41,938 nucleotides of DNA, taken from a virus. This document shows positions 16,443 to 24,800 of the stretch, in pieces; position 1 is the stretch's first letter; every line of letters begins with the position of its first letter. The stretch lies in UHGV virus genome UHGV-0203144; one strand, given 5' to 3'. The notes under the pieces are model-generated. The model made no database searches and had not been told where the DNA came from. It saw only the letters and a list, made by a program, of their open reading frames with translations. The translations under genes and the position numbers were made by a program.

Positions 16443-17156
16443 TTAATAAGAGCCGCAGCCCGCACAACTGCCGTAGCAGTTAGGATTCTGCACCACATAC
16501 GCCGGAATGGGCGTAGGGCTGAGAGCTGCGGTCTGATTTGCCAGTGCCTGCGTAATAAACGCATTCTGCGCATTCTGGCTGATCTGATTCTGCAGGACTC
16601 CGTTTGCGGCAAGAAGATCGGTGTTGCGCTGCTTGAGCGCGTCGATCTCAGACTGACACATCTTGTCAAGGATAGTCTGCACACCTGCACGCTGACTCTC
16701 GATTATGTCGCGCACACCCTCGCCTATAGCGGTGCGGTTCGCACACGACTCGGTAGCCATAGTGTACTTAAGGTCCGCAATAGCCGACTTATTGTCGCAG
16801 CAGCACTGCGCAAGCTGAGCCTGCAGGGAATTAAATCCGTTGCAAAGCTGGAGCTGATTTGCGGAGAATCCGTTGTTGACAGCATTGGTGACGGCATAAG
16901 TAGATTCACACATGCTGTTCTGCAGGTTCTGTATGCCGTTCTGAATGCTGTTGGTAGCAAAGCCTTCCTGAATGTCTGCGCGGGTAGCATAGCCCTGGAA
17001 AGCGTTGCCGTCGGCACCGCCCCAGCCGCCGCGTCCCCACATGAACAGAAACAGTACGATGATCCACCATGCACCGTTCCCGCCGAAAGCGTCGCCGCCG
17101 TTGTTGTTTCTTGTAACCGCTGCGAGATCCGCAGGGGTCATTCCTTCGTTTACCAT
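16443..17156 (-). CDS. Cassette gene 5: Gly-rich hydrophobic N-terminus, N/Q-rich coiled coil with CCC motif and Cys-rich tail
   Basis: AAAGGAG RBS; GGNGAWWIIVLFLFMWGRGGWGG, LAQCCCD, P.PIPAY...CAGCG. Confidence 0.85.
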   Translation of the reverse strand: MVNEGMTPADLAAVTRNNNGGDAFGGNGAWWIIVLFLFMWGRGGWGGADGNAFQGYATRADIQEGFATNSIQNGIQNLQNSMCESTYAVTNAVNNGFSANQLQLCNGFNSLQAQLAQCCCDNKSAIADLKYTMATESCANRTAIGEGVRDIIESQRAGVQTILDKMCQSEIDALKQRNTDLLAANGVLQNQISQNAQNAFITQALANQTAALSPTPIPAYVVQNPNCYGSCAGCGSY

Positions 17157-17205
17157 AATAGTCTCCTTTGTTTTTTATTTATCTTTCACGCGCGCACGTT
17201 AAGAA

Positions 17206-17415
17206 CTATTTAAAAAGATGCTGAAACTGTCCGGCAATGGACTGCAGCCGGTTAAGCTGCTGCTGCGTCATTTCGCCGCTGTCCAGAAGCCTCTGTATTT
17301 CCTGTCTCGGATCGCCCTTAAAGCTCTCCGAAAACCTCTTGAATTCGCTTATCATCCGCGACATGGGGTCATTTCCGACCTGACTGCCGAATGCGTTGTA
17401 AAAAGGATTACTCAT
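17206..17415 (-). CDS. Cassette gene 4: small Q-rich helical protein (69 aa)
   Basis: AGGAGG RBS; GDPRQEIQRLLDSGEMTQQQLN. Confidence 0.8.
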   Translation of the reverse strand: MSNPFYNAFGSQVGNDPMSRMISEFKRFSESFKGDPRQEIQRLLDSGEMTQQQLNRLQSIAGQFQHLFK

Positions 17416-17758
17416 TTTCTGCCTCCTGCTTGCCGCAAACAAGCGTCTTCAGCTCCTCGAATTCCTGTCTTGTCACATAGTCTGCCTCTTTCGCCCGGGG
17501 CACGGCGGAAACGCGCTCCACCAAATCAAATGCCCGGAGCTGCGGCATACCGTTATGATCTGCCGCCTTGAGGTAGACCGCCGGAGCCTCGCTGTCCCAT
17601 AACTGCACAGTATTTCCCGGCGCTACCGGGTAAGCCTTTGCAGCCTCTATCCCCTGCACCCATATAAGTCCGGCAGGCTGGGACTGCTGCTGCGGAATCG
17701 CCGTCTGCAGCGGCGCATAAGTTGCGGGATATCCCGTATAAAATCCTCCGAATGCCAT
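17408..17758 (-). CDS. Cassette gene 3: P/Q/Y-rich N-terminus plus small beta domain (116 aa)
   Basis: WVQGIEAAKAYPVAPG.TV.LWDSE...YLK..D..GMP; YVTRQEFEEL. Confidence 0.8.
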   Translation of the reverse strand: MAFGGFYTGYPATYAPLQTAIPQQQSQPAGLIWVQGIEAAKAYPVAPGNTVQLWDSEAPAVYLKAADHNGMPQLRAFDLVERVSAVPRAKEADYVTRQEFEELKTLVCGKQEAENE

Positions 17759-18126
17759 TAGTAATCCATCCTTTCGTAATAATAGATCGGCGCACGGTCG
17801 CCGCTGTCCCATGTGTCAAACCAGTCTCCGTTTTCCACGCAGACAACATGCCCGCCGAGAGCAAGTACATATTTCCCCCCGGGCTTGCTGTCGGCAAAAT
17901 CCGCAACGCTGCATGCATCCTCGCATACTCTGCGCTGCCAGCCCTCGCTTTTGAGGTATGCACCCCATACAGCGTCAGCCGACGGCATGTCTCCGTCTCT
18001 CAGCGATTGTACAAACAATCCGGTCGCAGTAGTTTCCCAATCTTTGTCAAGCGCTTTGCAAAGAGCACGGACAACACAGTCGCCTACCCGTTTTCCCCTT
18101 GGGTTGGGGTTGTAAAATCTATACAC
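17758..18126 (-). CDS. Cassette gene 2: papain/C39-like cysteine peptidase
   Basis: YNPNP....GDCVVRAL (Cys), GHVVCV (His), FDTWDS (Asp). Confidence 0.65.
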   Translation of the reverse strand: MYRFYNPNPRGKRVGDCVVRALCKALDKDWETTATGLFVQSLRDGDMPSADAVWGAYLKSEGWQRRVCEDACSVADFADSKPGGKYVLALGGHVVCVENGDWFDTWDSGDRAPIYYYERMDY

Positions 18127-18149
18127 AGCCTCGCCGCCTTTCCGTTAAT

Positions 18150-18215
18150 ATTGTAAAATAAAAAAGGCACCTGCGCCATGTCGCGCAAATGCCTTTTATG
18201 TGTCTCTTTCGGGTC
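18150..18215 (-). promoter_or_regulatory. Cassette promoter with 11-bp-phased direct repeats, overlapping a terminator hairpin
   Basis: -10 TACAAT (18155-18150); + strand ATGTC/ATGCC/GTGTC/GGGTC at 18178, 18189, 18200, 18211; hairpin at 18162-18197. Confidence 0.55.
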
Positions 18216-18417
18216 AGATGTGAGCCGTTAATGTATTCATGCAGCGGTATACGATCCGCTTGATCTGGCGGTCGCTCATGCCGAATTCCTCCGCGAGCGG
18301 CTCAAAGCAGATACCGTCAAGCAGCCTCCGCTTCATAATAGCCCTGTCCCTCTCGGATAATATCCATTCGTCTATGAGCGCCGTCCATCCTGAGTATCCT
18401 ATCTCGTCAATACCCAT
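18214..18417 (-). CDS. Cassette gene 1: sigma-region-4-like HTH regulator (67 aa)
   Basis: SERDRAIMKRRLLDGICFEPLAEEFGMSDRQIKRIV. Confidence 0.75.
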   Translation of the reverse strand: MGIDEIGYSGWTALIDEWILSERDRAIMKRRLLDGICFEPLAEEFGMSDRQIKRIVYRCMNTLTAHI

Positions 18418-18539
18418 GCCACACACCCCGCCGCGATGATAACCGCCTGTACGATTATGACCGCAATGAGCTTGTTTGTCAGTTTCCGGTTGTGCCACAT
18501 GGCTGTCTCATAAACGATATACGGTATATCTTTCATCAT
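18399..18539 (-). CDS. Small single-TM protein (46 aa), absent from ORF track
   Basis: GAAAGG RBS; MMKDIPYIVYETAMWHNRKLTNKLIAVIIVQAVIIAAGCVAWVLTR. Confidence 0.7.
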   Translation of the reverse strand: MMKDIPYIVYETAMWHNRKLTNKLIAVIIVQAVIIAAGCVAWVLTR

Positions 18540-18566
18540 GTAACGACCTTTCCGTTTAATTTAGCC

Positions 18567-19493
18567 TCAGCCTATCTTGAGTCTTGCCCCGACCTTGCAG
18601 TGCTGCTTAAGATACCATCCGGCATTGTTATGACCGGACAGACAGATGCAGCCCTTGGGGATAGGCGTGTTGGATTTGCCGTCAACGATCTGAGTAATTA
18701 TGCCCTTGCTGTTGACGATAACGTCGACACCCCACTTGTTAAAGCCCGTTGTCGCTCTGCCGTCTGTGATGAGGACAAGTGCATTTGTCGCTCTGCTGGT
18801 GTTGATGCCTGTAATCTCGCCCATGCTGATTTTCACCTCTTCTTTCGTATATCCGTTAAGTCCGAGTTTCTGTATTTCGGCGGGGAAGTCTCTGTACATA
18901 TAGTCTTGATCGCAGGTAACGCCCGCCACCTTGTTGGTGCGGATGGTGTTGGTCTCGCCGCCGAACTGCCACATACCTATGAGGGATTCGGGATTGTACG
19001 TACACGCATTCGCCCACTGAGCCACCCAGTGGGTGTAGTGCTTCAGCTCGCTGTCATACAGGTAACTGTCGAAGAACGACTTGAACGAGTATACACCGAC
19101 GAAGAATCCGCGCGCCTCAAGATAGTCGCACCAATTCTTTACAATGTCGGTGTTGGTACGTTTGCTGAGCTTCTTATGTACAGCATCCTCAATATCAAAG
19201 TATATGGGTAGCTCAAACTGTTTACCGGCAAGACAGTTGCTGTACAGATACCGCGCTTCTTCGACTGCCTGCGCCGCGCTCTGCGCCATGCTGTACTGAT
19301 ATACACCCACGGCAAGCCCCGCAGCCTTTGCAGCCTTGTAAAATTCCTCAAACTTTGCGTCCTTGCCGCCGTCTGCAAACGGTGCAGAGTATGCCCCGCG
19401 CAGCACTACAAACTTTACGCCCTCTGCCGCAGCGCGTTTGAAATCGAAGTTACCCTGCCAGCGGGATACATCTATTCCGAATACCTTACTCAT
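18567..19493 (-). CDS. Endolysin: GH25 muramidase plus C-terminal beta domain
   Basis: GIDVSRWQG, YFDIE, WVAQW, MWQF, CDQD motifs. Confidence 0.93.
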   Translation of the reverse strand: MSKVFGIDVSRWQGNFDFKRAAAEGVKFVVLRGAYSAPFADGGKDAKFEEFYKAAKAAGLAVGVYQYSMAQSAAQAVEEARYLYSNCLAGKQFELPIYFDIEDAVHKKLSKRTNTDIVKNWCDYLEARGFFVGVYSFKSFFDSYLYDSELKHYTHWVAQWANACTYNPESLIGMWQFGGETNTIRTNKVAGVTCDQDYMYRDFPAEIQKLGLNGYTKEEVKISMGEITGINTSRATNALVLITDGRATTGFNKWGVDVIVNSKGIITQIVDGKSNTPIPKGCICLSGHNNAGWYLKQHCKVGARLKIG

Positions 19494-19683
19494 TCCCGTC
19501 ACCTTCGGTCTGCTTCTGAATGTTCATGAGCACCGCGATTGCTACGGTTGTGCCGAACTGAATAACCGCCGCTGTAACCGCCGCTTTTGAAAAATCGGTG
19601 GTAATTGCGGTGAGCAGAGCAATACCCGCGCCCGCAGCGCTCTGGATGAGCGTCCTCAGAACTCTTTTCCAATTGAATTTCAT
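19486..19683 (-). CDS. Holin (r1t-like, 2 TM)
   Basis: AAGGAGG RBS; KRVLRTLIQ plus two hydrophobic helices; overlaps the lysin start. Confidence 0.8.
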   Translation of the reverse strand: MKFNWKRVLRTLIQSAAGAGIALLTAITTDFSKAAVTAAVIQFGTTVAIAVLMNIQKQTEGDGNE

Positions 19684-19697
19684 TTTAATATCCTCCT

Positions 19698-20033
19698 TTA
19701 TTTTGCCGCCTCTGTGGGCAGTTTTAACGTGTCGTGAAACAGCTCGGTCGCAACGTCGTTGCCGTTGAGCGCGTGATATGCCGCATACGCTCTTGTCAGC
19801 GCTTCGCGGGCATATATGGGGCAAAATTCCTTTGCCGTGTACTTGTCATGATCGCGGATTATCTCTGCACGGAGCAGGCATTGCATGCCGTCCTCAAGAG
19901 CGGCATACTTTCTCTTCATCTCCTCGTCCCGCTTTTTCATTTTCTTTGTAGCGCTGATCGCTATCGAGACCGCCCCGCCGAGAACGAACGGCACCGCCCA
20001 GCGGATTATAGCGTCAACTATCTGTATCCACAT
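19698..20033 (-). CDS. Lysis-associated membrane protein (holin-like)
   Basis: N-terminal TM, G.QCLLR...Y.AYHALNGN motif, upstream of holin. Confidence 0.7.
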   Translation of the reverse strand: MWIQIVDAIIRWAVPFVLGGAVSIAISATKKMKKRDEEMKRKYAALEDGMQCLLRAEIIRDHDKYTAKEFCPIYAREALTRAYAAYHALNGNDVATELFHDTLKLPTEAAK

Positions 20034-20187
20034 TTCGCACCTCCTCGGCCGCAAAGCCTGTCCAGTCCGTATTTGCGATTTCGGCAGAGAGCGCGTCATA
20101 TTCTTCCGCCGCTATTTCCACGCCGCCGAGACCCGTACCGATCATAAGCAGCTGCCCGCCTTCGTCAATCTGTTTGTAATATCTCAT
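20014..20187 (-). CDS. Small acidic protein (57 aa), possible fibre chaperone; absent from ORF track
   Basis: AGGAGG RBS; MRYYKQIDEGGQLLMIGTG...EEYDAL. Confidence 0.7.
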   Translation of the reverse strand: MRYYKQIDEGGQLLMIGTGLGGVEIAAEEYDALSAEIANTDWTGFAAEEVRNVDTDS

Positions 20188-20197
20188 TTGAGTCCTC

Positions 20198-20668
20198 CTA
20201 TACCATAGCTATCCATCGGTAGGTGTATGTCAGAAAGTACCATGCCGATCCGCCGTTAGTCGGCAGATATATGTTGGATGCCGTATCTGCCGTTTTGCTT
20301 GATGTGCAGTCTACAACATCGCCCTTTGCACAAAGCAGATAGCTGTGCGGGTTTGAGGCTCTGTTGTATGTTACGGCAAATGCTATTTCCTGATTGTTGG
20401 GCGACGAATCCGACCTATTGCTGCCGACAAATACATAGCTTGGTATAACTCCCAGACCGTGCTCAATTGACACTTCTTTCGTCATTGTCACAGGCGTGCA
20501 CTGAAAAGTCCCCGTGGCTATACCCTCCGGCAGGCTACCGCCCGTCTCAATAGCCGTTATCGCCGCCGCCATAGCGGCAAGCTTGTATGTATCGGTGCTG
20601 CCGTTTTTGCCGCGTATAGCGTCGGCTATGGCTTTAATGCTGTTTTCTTCGTACAGTTTTTTTGACAT
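20198..20668 (-). CDS. Tail fibre / receptor-binding-like protein
   Basis: AIADAIR.K.G N-terminus; IEHGLGVIP...TYRWIA C-terminal domain. Confidence 0.65.
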   Translation of the reverse strand: MSKKLYEENSIKAIADAIRGKNGSTDTYKLAAMAAAITAIETGGSLPEGIATGTFQCTPVTMTKEVSIEHGLGVIPSYVFVGSNRSDSSPNNQEIAFAVTYNRASNPHSYLLCAKGDVVDCTSSKTADTASNIYLPTNGGSAWYFLTYTYRWIAMV

Positions 20669-21795
20669 CAGTAGCTCACCTCCGTACCGTCCGGCAGAGC
20701 AGCTATTACATCAGCGACAATTTCCGCCTTGTCCGCCGCTGTCCAGTAGTCTGTTCCCTTGACGGGTGTATACCCATCCGCACCGGGAGTTCCGGGTGCT
20801 CCCTGCGCTCCGGTGTCACCTTTGTCTCCCTTTGCTCCGGGGTCTCCCTTATCGCCCTTTGCTCCCGGGTCGCCTTTATCCCCCTTTGCGCCGGGTGCTC
20901 CGGCATCGCCCTTGTCACCCTTGTCGCCCTTGTCGCCCTTTGCAACGGTAGTGCTGATAACATTTCCGACTATCTGCACATTGTCTCCGGCAATAAGGGC
21001 GTTCTGCTTTGCATCCCATGCGGCAGCCTCTTCATCGGTAACATAGTGTACAATCTTTCCGTCCACCCGTATTTTTCCGGTTGACGGCTGCACCTTCAGA
21101 TGACGGCTGTAATTAACTCCGCCCCAACTGGATTCGCCCGTAAAAAGAACGCTTCGCCACTTATCATCGTTCGGCGTCTCCGTCTGGTCTACATTTCCGA
21201 TTTCGTCAATATGGTAGTCGCTCTCCATAACATTACCTTTGCCGTCAAATACGGCAATGCGGTCTACCTTCGCCCCCGGCACCTTCGGCATCTTCGTATC
21301 AAGCCCGGTCTGCACGTCCTTGACATCCGCAAGCGCCTTGTCAAGCCCGGTCTGCGCGTTTTTGACATCCGCAAGCGCCTTGTCAAGCGCGGAGTATGTG
21401 TCTGTCGCTTCGATTGCCGCGTCATTCTGCAGCACCGCCTCCGCGTAAATTTTAAACCTTGCGCTTGTGAGCGTTTCCCCGCCGCTCCCGATGATGCGGA
21501 TTTCGCATTCCGACTCTCCCGCTTCGATCTCCGACGTGAGAAAGGTATGCTCTATGCGGTCGGCATATGCCGTGCACTCACTGTAATGCGTCGCCGTCGC
21601 GCCCTTTATATACATTGTGGCGGTGTATGCCGCCGTTTTTGTACCGTCTGCATTCAATTGCAACGGCAGCGCATACGGCTCTCTGCCGTCGGCAAGCTTT
21701 ATAGAAACTTTACGCGTCTTGGTATCGCCGGCCTTGAAGCCCTCAAGCCGCGCCTGAAAACCGCCTTTTTGTATATCCAGTGTTATACTGTACAA
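20668..21795 (-). CDS. Tail fibre protein: BppU-like N-terminus plus collagen-like repeats
   Basis: GDTKTR..I.L N-terminus; (GxKGDKGDx)n; [14 protein letters not shown]. Confidence 0.8.
   Translation of the reverse strand: MYSITLDIQKGGFQARLEGFKAGDTKTRKVSIKLADGREPYALPLQLNADGTKTAAYTATMYIKGATATHYSECTAYADRIEHTFLTSEIEAGESECEIRIIGSGGETLTSARFKIYAEAVLQNDAAIEATDTYSALDKALADVKNAQTGLDKALADVKDVQTGLDTKMPKVPGAKVDRIAVFDGKGNVMESDYHIDEIGNVDQTETPNDDKWRSVLFTGESSWGGVNYSRHLKVQPSTGKIRVDGKIVHYVTDEEAAAWDAKQNALIAGDNVQIVGNVISTTVAKGDKGDKGDKGDAGAPGAKGDKGDPGAKGDKGDPGAKGDKGDTGAQGAPGTPGADGYTPVKGTDYWTAADKAEIVADVIAALPDGTEVSY
20765..20942 (-). repeat. Collagen Gly-X-Y repeat
   Basis: 9- and 27-nt periodic repeats encoding GDK/GAK/GDP. 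Confidence 0.9.
21299..21387 (-). repeat. 42-bp tandem duplication ([14 protein letters not shown] x2)
   Basis: Near-identical units at 21299-21340 and 21341-21382. Confidence 0.9.
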
Positions 21796-21818
21796 TCCTC
21801 TCGCCTCCTCTTGAATTC

Positions 21819-21860
21819 ATTGTAACAAAAAAGGAGGAGTATGTGATACTCCCCCCTTTT
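21819..21860 (-). promoter_or_regulatory. Late promoter copy D within terminator hairpin
   Basis: Minus GGGGGGAGTATCAC-N18-TACAAT. Confidence 0.75.
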
Positions 21861-21871
21861 AGGTTTTTTTA

Positions 21872-24800
21872 TTATTCCTCCTCTTCTTCGACGTCCGAAA
21901 GCTTTTTGTCCTTCCAGCCCACAATTGTTTTGTACTTCAGCAGTCTGTACCCTTCGATCTCCACATCAAGCAAAAGCTCCGTTATGCGCTCGCATTCGTC
22001 CGTGTCCCCGTCGTCGTATGCACGCTTGTACCGCTCGGAGTATATATTGCCGAGCTTATTCGCCGCAGCCTGCCGCGCTTCCTTTGCGGGATTCTTGACG
22101 TCATCCTCTGCCGACTTTTCGGTAAACTTCTGCGCATAAAACTCTTCAAGCGGTGCCGTGTTGCCCGCCTCAAGCTCTCGCTGTATATCGGTCTTTGTGT
22201 AAGGGATGCCGCTTATGTACCTGTCAACGCCTTCATCGTCGCCGTTCAACTCGTTTTCAAGAGCCAGTATAGCGGAGACTGTCTGCTTTTCGGTAAAGCC
22301 GTCGTTCACAACAGCTTTGACACAGGAGAGGTATTCCTCCGTATCGCCTTCGATACGCGCCTGTGCCGCAGCAGCAATACGCAGATCGTTGTCCTGAAGT
22401 CCCTTCTTGATCTTCTGGTCTATCGCCGAGCGTATCTCTTTCTTACTCTTGCCCTTGCCCTCAAGCTCCTCGGTAAGATTTCCGACGGCCCTCTCAAGAT
22501 ATGCACTGTCCTTGTTCAGCGTTGCATAGTAAAGCTTGTCCTCCGTCTTCATCCCCTTTTTTCTCCACCCGTAGAAAGGCACTTCGGTTTTAAAGTCCTC
22601 CATTGCTGACTTCCAGCCGGTTTTGGTAGCCTTAATTTTTAAGGTTTCGGGAAGTCTTAAAAGCGCACTGCCGTCTCTCCAAATGTTTGTCATGGGTATG
22701 CCGAGCGCATCAAGGATGTTTGATCCGAGCTTAACCTCCTGCTGCCACAGCTCCGCAAAATTCCGAATACCTTTTTCGGTGTCCCACTTCGTAACGATGG
22801 TTCTTGTTCTGTTTATAATATCGGATACAAGCTGCATATCCGCCCGCTTGGCATCATATCCCTGTATGATATTGAGCAGGTCTCTGTAAAACGGGATATA
22901 GGCTGCGGGATTAAAGTCGTTTATAAGCGATGAAAGAAGCGCTTCAACATATTTTTCTCCGAAAGACTGGTCATCGTCATCGTCAAGCAATGCATCAATT
23001 GCGGAAGAAAACATATTTGTTAAAATTATTGCACCCGCAACGCTGGCGAGATAGCGGGCTCCTTTTTTTGCGTTCCCTTTTACAATCTGACTGACCCCTT
23101 CAATTGCCATATTCAGCGTTGTAAGTGGCTCGGCCATAAACGAGGTCAGCATTCTTGCATATGAACTTTCGCTGCTTAAAATTCTTGCCCTTGAAAATAC
23201 CGAGTCATAAACCTGCGTTTCGTTTGTAATCTCATCAAAGCGCTCTCCGGCCGCTTTCAGAAGCGCTTCACCGCTGAGTTCCGGATGCAGATCGTGCTGT
23301 TCCCGTTTGCAGGCATTCCAAAGGCTAAGCCATGTTACACGGTCTGCCTGTTCAGCCATACCGTAAAAAGCTTTTTCTTTAAAGCTCTCCACCTTTTTGC
23401 GAGTCGACTTGTTCTTTCCGAAATCCGACAGTTGTTCAGACAAAGAGCCCTTTGTGCCGATGTCTATTCCGCCGAGAGACTTAATGCCGTAAGTAGACGT
23501 ATATTTCATCGCCTCTTCTTCAAGCGTCATTCCCATGTTCTTTGTGAGAGTTTTGCTTGTGTTGAAGGATCCGAACAGATACTTAGGGTCGATCAGAGCC
23601 AGCGCACGTACTATCGCTGTAGGCTGCTGTATCACGACGCGCAGGTTGGCACCGACTTTAGCTGCTTTGTAAAGGTTGAAAAGTTTCATCATACCTACAT
23701 CATCGGCACGTATTCCTCCGTTTACCATTTTTAGAAAATCAAACAGCCCTTCAGACTGCTTATCCCCCAAAAGACGTTTCACCGCATCGCCGTTTTCAAA
23801 TTCGTAGTCAAGCACTCTTTTGATGTTTTCGAGCTCCAGAGTGAATGATGAATAGAGCGCGGTTTCGTTCGCATGGTTCGCCCACAGGGTTTCTATACTT
23901 TGGAGGATTACCGGAGATGTAGCCATCGGATTTGTTTCCTTCATACTTCCGATGTTCTTCAGCTGCACGCTGCGGTCGTTCTTTTTCTCCATGTTTTTTA
24001 CGCGGTAGCTGGAGTCGGTTATAATAGGCCAGTAGTTTTTTTCAGTTGCCCCCTCATAGTCATACATTTCAAGCGTTACTTTGTTTCTGTCCTTCGCCAT
24101 TTCGGTGGACATATAACCCTGAAGCGCTTTAACAAATTCCTTTTGTTCGTTGCTGAGCCTTGAAGTGAGCGTATGTACGCCGTCGGCATCAAGCGTAAAG
24201 GCCTTTGCATTTACTATATATGCTTTTTCCGTGAGAAGCCTTTTTCCCTCAAGTCTGAAACCGCCGTTTTCAGCGACAAGATGCTGCAGGCCGAGCTTTC
24301 TTAATGAAAGCCCGTACATGGTCATTATCTGTCCAACGGTAAGAGTGACTTGTTTATACTCCTTTGTCGCCTTTCCGTCGACATATCTTGTGTCTGTTAC
24401 CGTTTCGGTGATCTTTTTGCCGAGGTCGGCTTCCTTTATGCCGTATTTTTCAATCTGGTCTTTGAAAAACTTGCCGTACTTTATAACAGAACGAGCATAG
24501 TCTCCCTCGCCGTGCTGCAGCCTTCGATACATCTTGTATAAAGTACCGCTGCCGGTTTGCTTAAAGCGTTCTGCCGGCTTAAAAAGCTGTTTCTTTATCC
24601 ATTCGCCCGCAGAATATACGGCCTGCGAAAAGCGGTTGTCCTTTACGGATTTTTCAGCTGTCCCAACCTCTCCTCGGACCTGTTCGGCATAACCGGATAC
24701 TGTTGCGTTACGACCTGCTTTGAATACCTTGTCCGCATTTGAAATAGACGCACTGACTGCCGCAAGCAGGTTGTCAAGGCTGCGCAGATCGGCTGTTGAC

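Noticed and set aside
18150..18190. Fifth copy of the late promoter
   Set aside because: TACAAT is present but the TATCAC element is absent at the 18-nt position; treated as a separate promoter type
20765..21387. CRISPR array or DGR repeats
   Set aside because: Repeats are in-frame coding with no unique spacers; no reverse transcriptase or cas gene was seen in the window
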